Positions 1 to 64,000 of a DNA stretch of 64,000 bases are shown in pieces. The DNA is from Octopus vulgaris (taxonomy: Eukaryota): positions 65,596,001 through 65,660,000 of the forward strand of contig OX597830.1 in assembly GCA_951406725.2 (NCBI GenBank), written 5' to 3'. The translations under genes were made by a program, and so were the position numbers. The first letter of the stretch is position 1. Each line of letters begins with the position of its first letter. The notes under the pieces are model-generated. The model made no database searches. It saw only the letters and a list, made by a program, of their open reading frames with translations, and was not told the DNA's origin.

Positions 1-1144
1 TCAGTATTTTCTTGTCAGTTCCATTGGTCTATAGCAGTGGTTCTCAACTATTTTTTTTTACCTGTGGGCCCTTTTGATTTTTGTTTTATTCCGTTGGACC
101 CTCATAGCCATGTTTAAAGAATTCTAATATATAGCGTGAAGCAGAGAGGATGGAGATAAACAGAGTTAATTTTGCTCTCCTAAGCCTTTCCATTACTAGT
201 CTGGATTCTACATCAGTGCATTTGTCCACACAACATTTATTTATATTTCTGGGTGTGACCTCCTATCCAAGAATTATATATTTATTTTATTTATGTATGA
301 AGGTGGATAGCTTAGTGGTTGTGTGTTGTGTTCTTGAGTAAGACACTTTATTTCACAATGTTCCATTTCACTCAGCCACAGAAATAAGTTGTAACATCAC
401 AGGTGCCAACCTGTATCAGCCTTTGCCTTTCCCTTGGATAACATCAGAGGTGTTGATTGGGGAGACTGGTATGCATGGGCAACAGCTGGTCTTCCATAAA
501 CAACCTTGCCTGGACTTGTGCCTCGGAGAGTAACTTTCTAGATACAATTCCATTGTCATTCAGGACTAAAGGGGGTTTTTACCCTATATATTTATGGATC
601 TGAATGTAACCAACTCTATGAATTTAAATGCTTTCCAAAATAAACATACACTTCATTGTGATGGCTTCAAGATGCTGCACAAGTATTCAGTTCTGAGTAC
701 TCTTCTTTGTATCACAGCTGTGAGCTAATGAAAATCATTATGTGATACCTGTTCTCTTGTCATTCATTAATTTATATTAGGCTCTGTACTCATCTAACAC
801 TTTTCTCTGATGCATGTGTATACTGAGCTGCAACAACTAGTTACTAGTATCACTATGCCTAAGTGAAATCATAATATATATATATATATATATAACGTAG
901 AGTAGATGAAACCTTAGCGACTGAAGAAGGGGTTTTTTCGTTGTGTTAATTGTCCTGTACTCCATTTTTTGTTGTTTTTTAAAAAATGGTCCAGTTCCTT
1001 TGGTTTGTGTCTATGTTTTCGTTTCTCATTGTGTTCGACGTCCCTTTGGTGTCCTGTACTCATATATGCGTGTATATGTACATGTAGAGGTAGGTACGTA
1101 CATATATGTTTATATATATATATGCATATGTTTTATTTCATTTA

Positions 1145-1201
<57 letters not shown>

Positions 1202-1233
1202 TGGCTAAACTGGCAAAATGACCATTCCTAAAG

Positions 1234-1269
<36 letters not shown>

Positions 1270-1419
1270 CAATAGAAAGAGAGAGAAAAATAATAATAAT
1301 AATAATAATAAAAATAATAATAATAATAGATATATTTTTTCTCATTACTTGACTTTCACTTGTACGTCTCTCTCTGTATATGCCAACTTGAGATCGCTGG
1401 ACTTCTGCTACAGTGAGAG

Positions 1420-1471
<52 letters not shown>

Positions 1472-1806
1472 CCCTCTCATTATATACTGAAAGCAGCCTT
1501 CAACTTTTACAATCCAAAGGTTGTTTTTTTTTTTTAACTCAGTATTTACCTGCTATTATTTATAATTTTCTTTATCTGCTTCGAGATCCACTGTTCCAAA
1601 AACGAATTTGTGTGTGTGTAAAACAACATTTTTTACTCTTTACTTTTGTGTTGTGTTGAATACTTAATTATTTTCATCCCCAATTAAAGTACATATATAT
1701 ATGCTTTGTTCTTCCCTAGATTTTCTGTCACCAATTCTGCAAAAAGATAAAAATTAATTTTTGAAATGTAATTGAATATATGCAATTTCTATCTTTGAAA
1801 CTGTAG

Positions 1807-62421
<60,615 letters not shown>

Positions 62422-64000
62422 GTAAGGAGATGTTGAACAGTTAATTTTTTTCCCTTCTTATATTCTTCTAATCATAAACTATGTTTATCATTGGTTTACC
62501 CAGTGTTCTCACTCCACTACAAGCAATTTCACTGCCATGTTAAGCAGTTGTTAAGGTGTAGGAGTGGCTGTGTGGTAAGTAGCTTGCGTACAAACCACAT
62601 GATTCCGGGTTCAGTCCCACTGCGTGGCACCTTGGGCAAGTGTCTTCTACCATAGCCTCGGGCCGACCAAAGTCTTGTGAGTGGATTTGGTAGACAGAAA
62701 CTGAAAGAAGCCTGTCATATATATGTATGTGTGTGTGTATATGTTTGTGGGTCTGTGTTTGTCCCCTCCACCAACATCGCTTGACAACCAAGCATAACTT
62801 AGTGGCTCAGCAAAAAGAGACCGATAGAATAAGTACTAGGCTTACAAAGAATAAGTCCTGGGGTCAATTTGCTCGACTAAAGGCGGTGCTCCAGCATGGC
62901 CACAGTCAAATGAGTATATCTGTTCTGTAATTTTATATTGTACGTAAAAAATAACCTTAGGAAAGGATCAGCATTAAAACAAAATCATATAAATAAAATA
63001 CACAAATCATCAGAGATCAAACTACCATATTTTCCAGTATACAAGTTTAATTTTTCAAACCAAACTTTACAGCCAAAATCAGTAGTTCAACTACATCAAG
63101 ACCACTTCAGGGGACCAAATGCAGCAGGATTTGGCAAAATAGTGACGATGTCTGAATGCTTACATTACATATTTACACTATATAGTACATTCACTTGAGT
63201 ACCAAGAAATATCATCATCATCATCATCATCGTTTAACGTCCATTCTCCATGCTTGCATGGGTTGGACGGTTCGACCGGGGATCTGTGAAGCCAGAAGGC
63301 TGCACCAGGCTCCAGTCTGATCTGGCAGTGTTTCTACAGCTGGATGCCCTTCCTAACGCCAACCACTCCGTGAGTGTAGTGGGTGCTTTTTACGTGCCAC
63401 CTGCACAGGTGCCAGGCGAGGCTGGCAACGGCCATGATCGGATAATTAATATTTAGTGTGAATCATCATCATCATCATCATTATTTAACGTCCGTTGTCC
63501 ATGCTGGCATGGGTTGGTTGCTTTCACCAGAGCTACATCAACCTCCAATCTGATTTGGCATGGTTTGTATGACTGGATGTCCTTCCTGGCACCAACCACT
63601 TTAAAGAGTGTGCTGGGTGCCTTTATGTGGCACCGCACAAGAATTTTTACATGGTGCTATACGGATACTTATATGGGACACTGCATGGGCACTTTTGTGT
63701 GGAACTGCCACAAGTGCATTTCACTACCAGAGGGGCTGGTCTTAGAACTTCAGCCCTGGATTACGAGTTTTCTTGAGTACAACAAGGTGCCAGTTAGAAT
63801 GGCCATTGACTCATGTGAATTCCTCTGCCTTTTAAACGTAATTATTAAAAATGATGTTAATACTTCTCAAACACATGTAACCTTTTTTAACCCTTTCGTT
63901 TCTGTATTTATTTTGAGATGCTCTGTGTTTCTTTCAATTACTTTAAATATAACTAAGTATTTCGTAAAATAACTTAGTAATCATTCAGCTAGTGTTAGGA

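Noticed and set aside
34-120. hAT-like terminus CAGTGGTTCTCAAC
   Set aside because: No partner TIR or TSD found; too short to call.

Overview
Eukaryotic, AT-rich genomic DNA, dense in microsatellites and SINEs. The repeat families and intron style point to an octopus (coleoid cephalopod); that assignment is an inference. The whole window lies inside one + strand gene, a furry (fry/FRY/FRYL; Tao3/Mor2 family) homologue. I traced 27 consecutive frame-compatible coding exons from 1807 to 62421 (3714 nt, about 1238 aa of the central to C-terminal protein). The gene continues beyond both window edges. Almost all ORFs in the supplied track are microsatellite or repeat artefacts. Main points of interest: (1) a U12-type AT-AC minor intron (57981-59716), required to keep the furry frame, with tandem AC acceptors; (2) two candidate frame-preserving microexons (27 nt and 18 nt) with similar peptides inside the 15.6 kb intron, each about 150 nt from a long hairpin; (3) a well-formed type I hammerhead ribozyme motif in a Penelope-like inverted repeat, plus several degenerate relatives; (4) a full-length but disabled irritans-type mariner; (5) a TSD-bounded bipartite RTE derivative with a strongly structured 5' RNA; (6) a GTTAGTTAATCC minisatellite downstream of a possible alternative last exon; (7) Helitron-like elements, piggyBac-like MITEs and at least four SINE families. 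All similarity calls come from my recall of family motifs, not from database searches.
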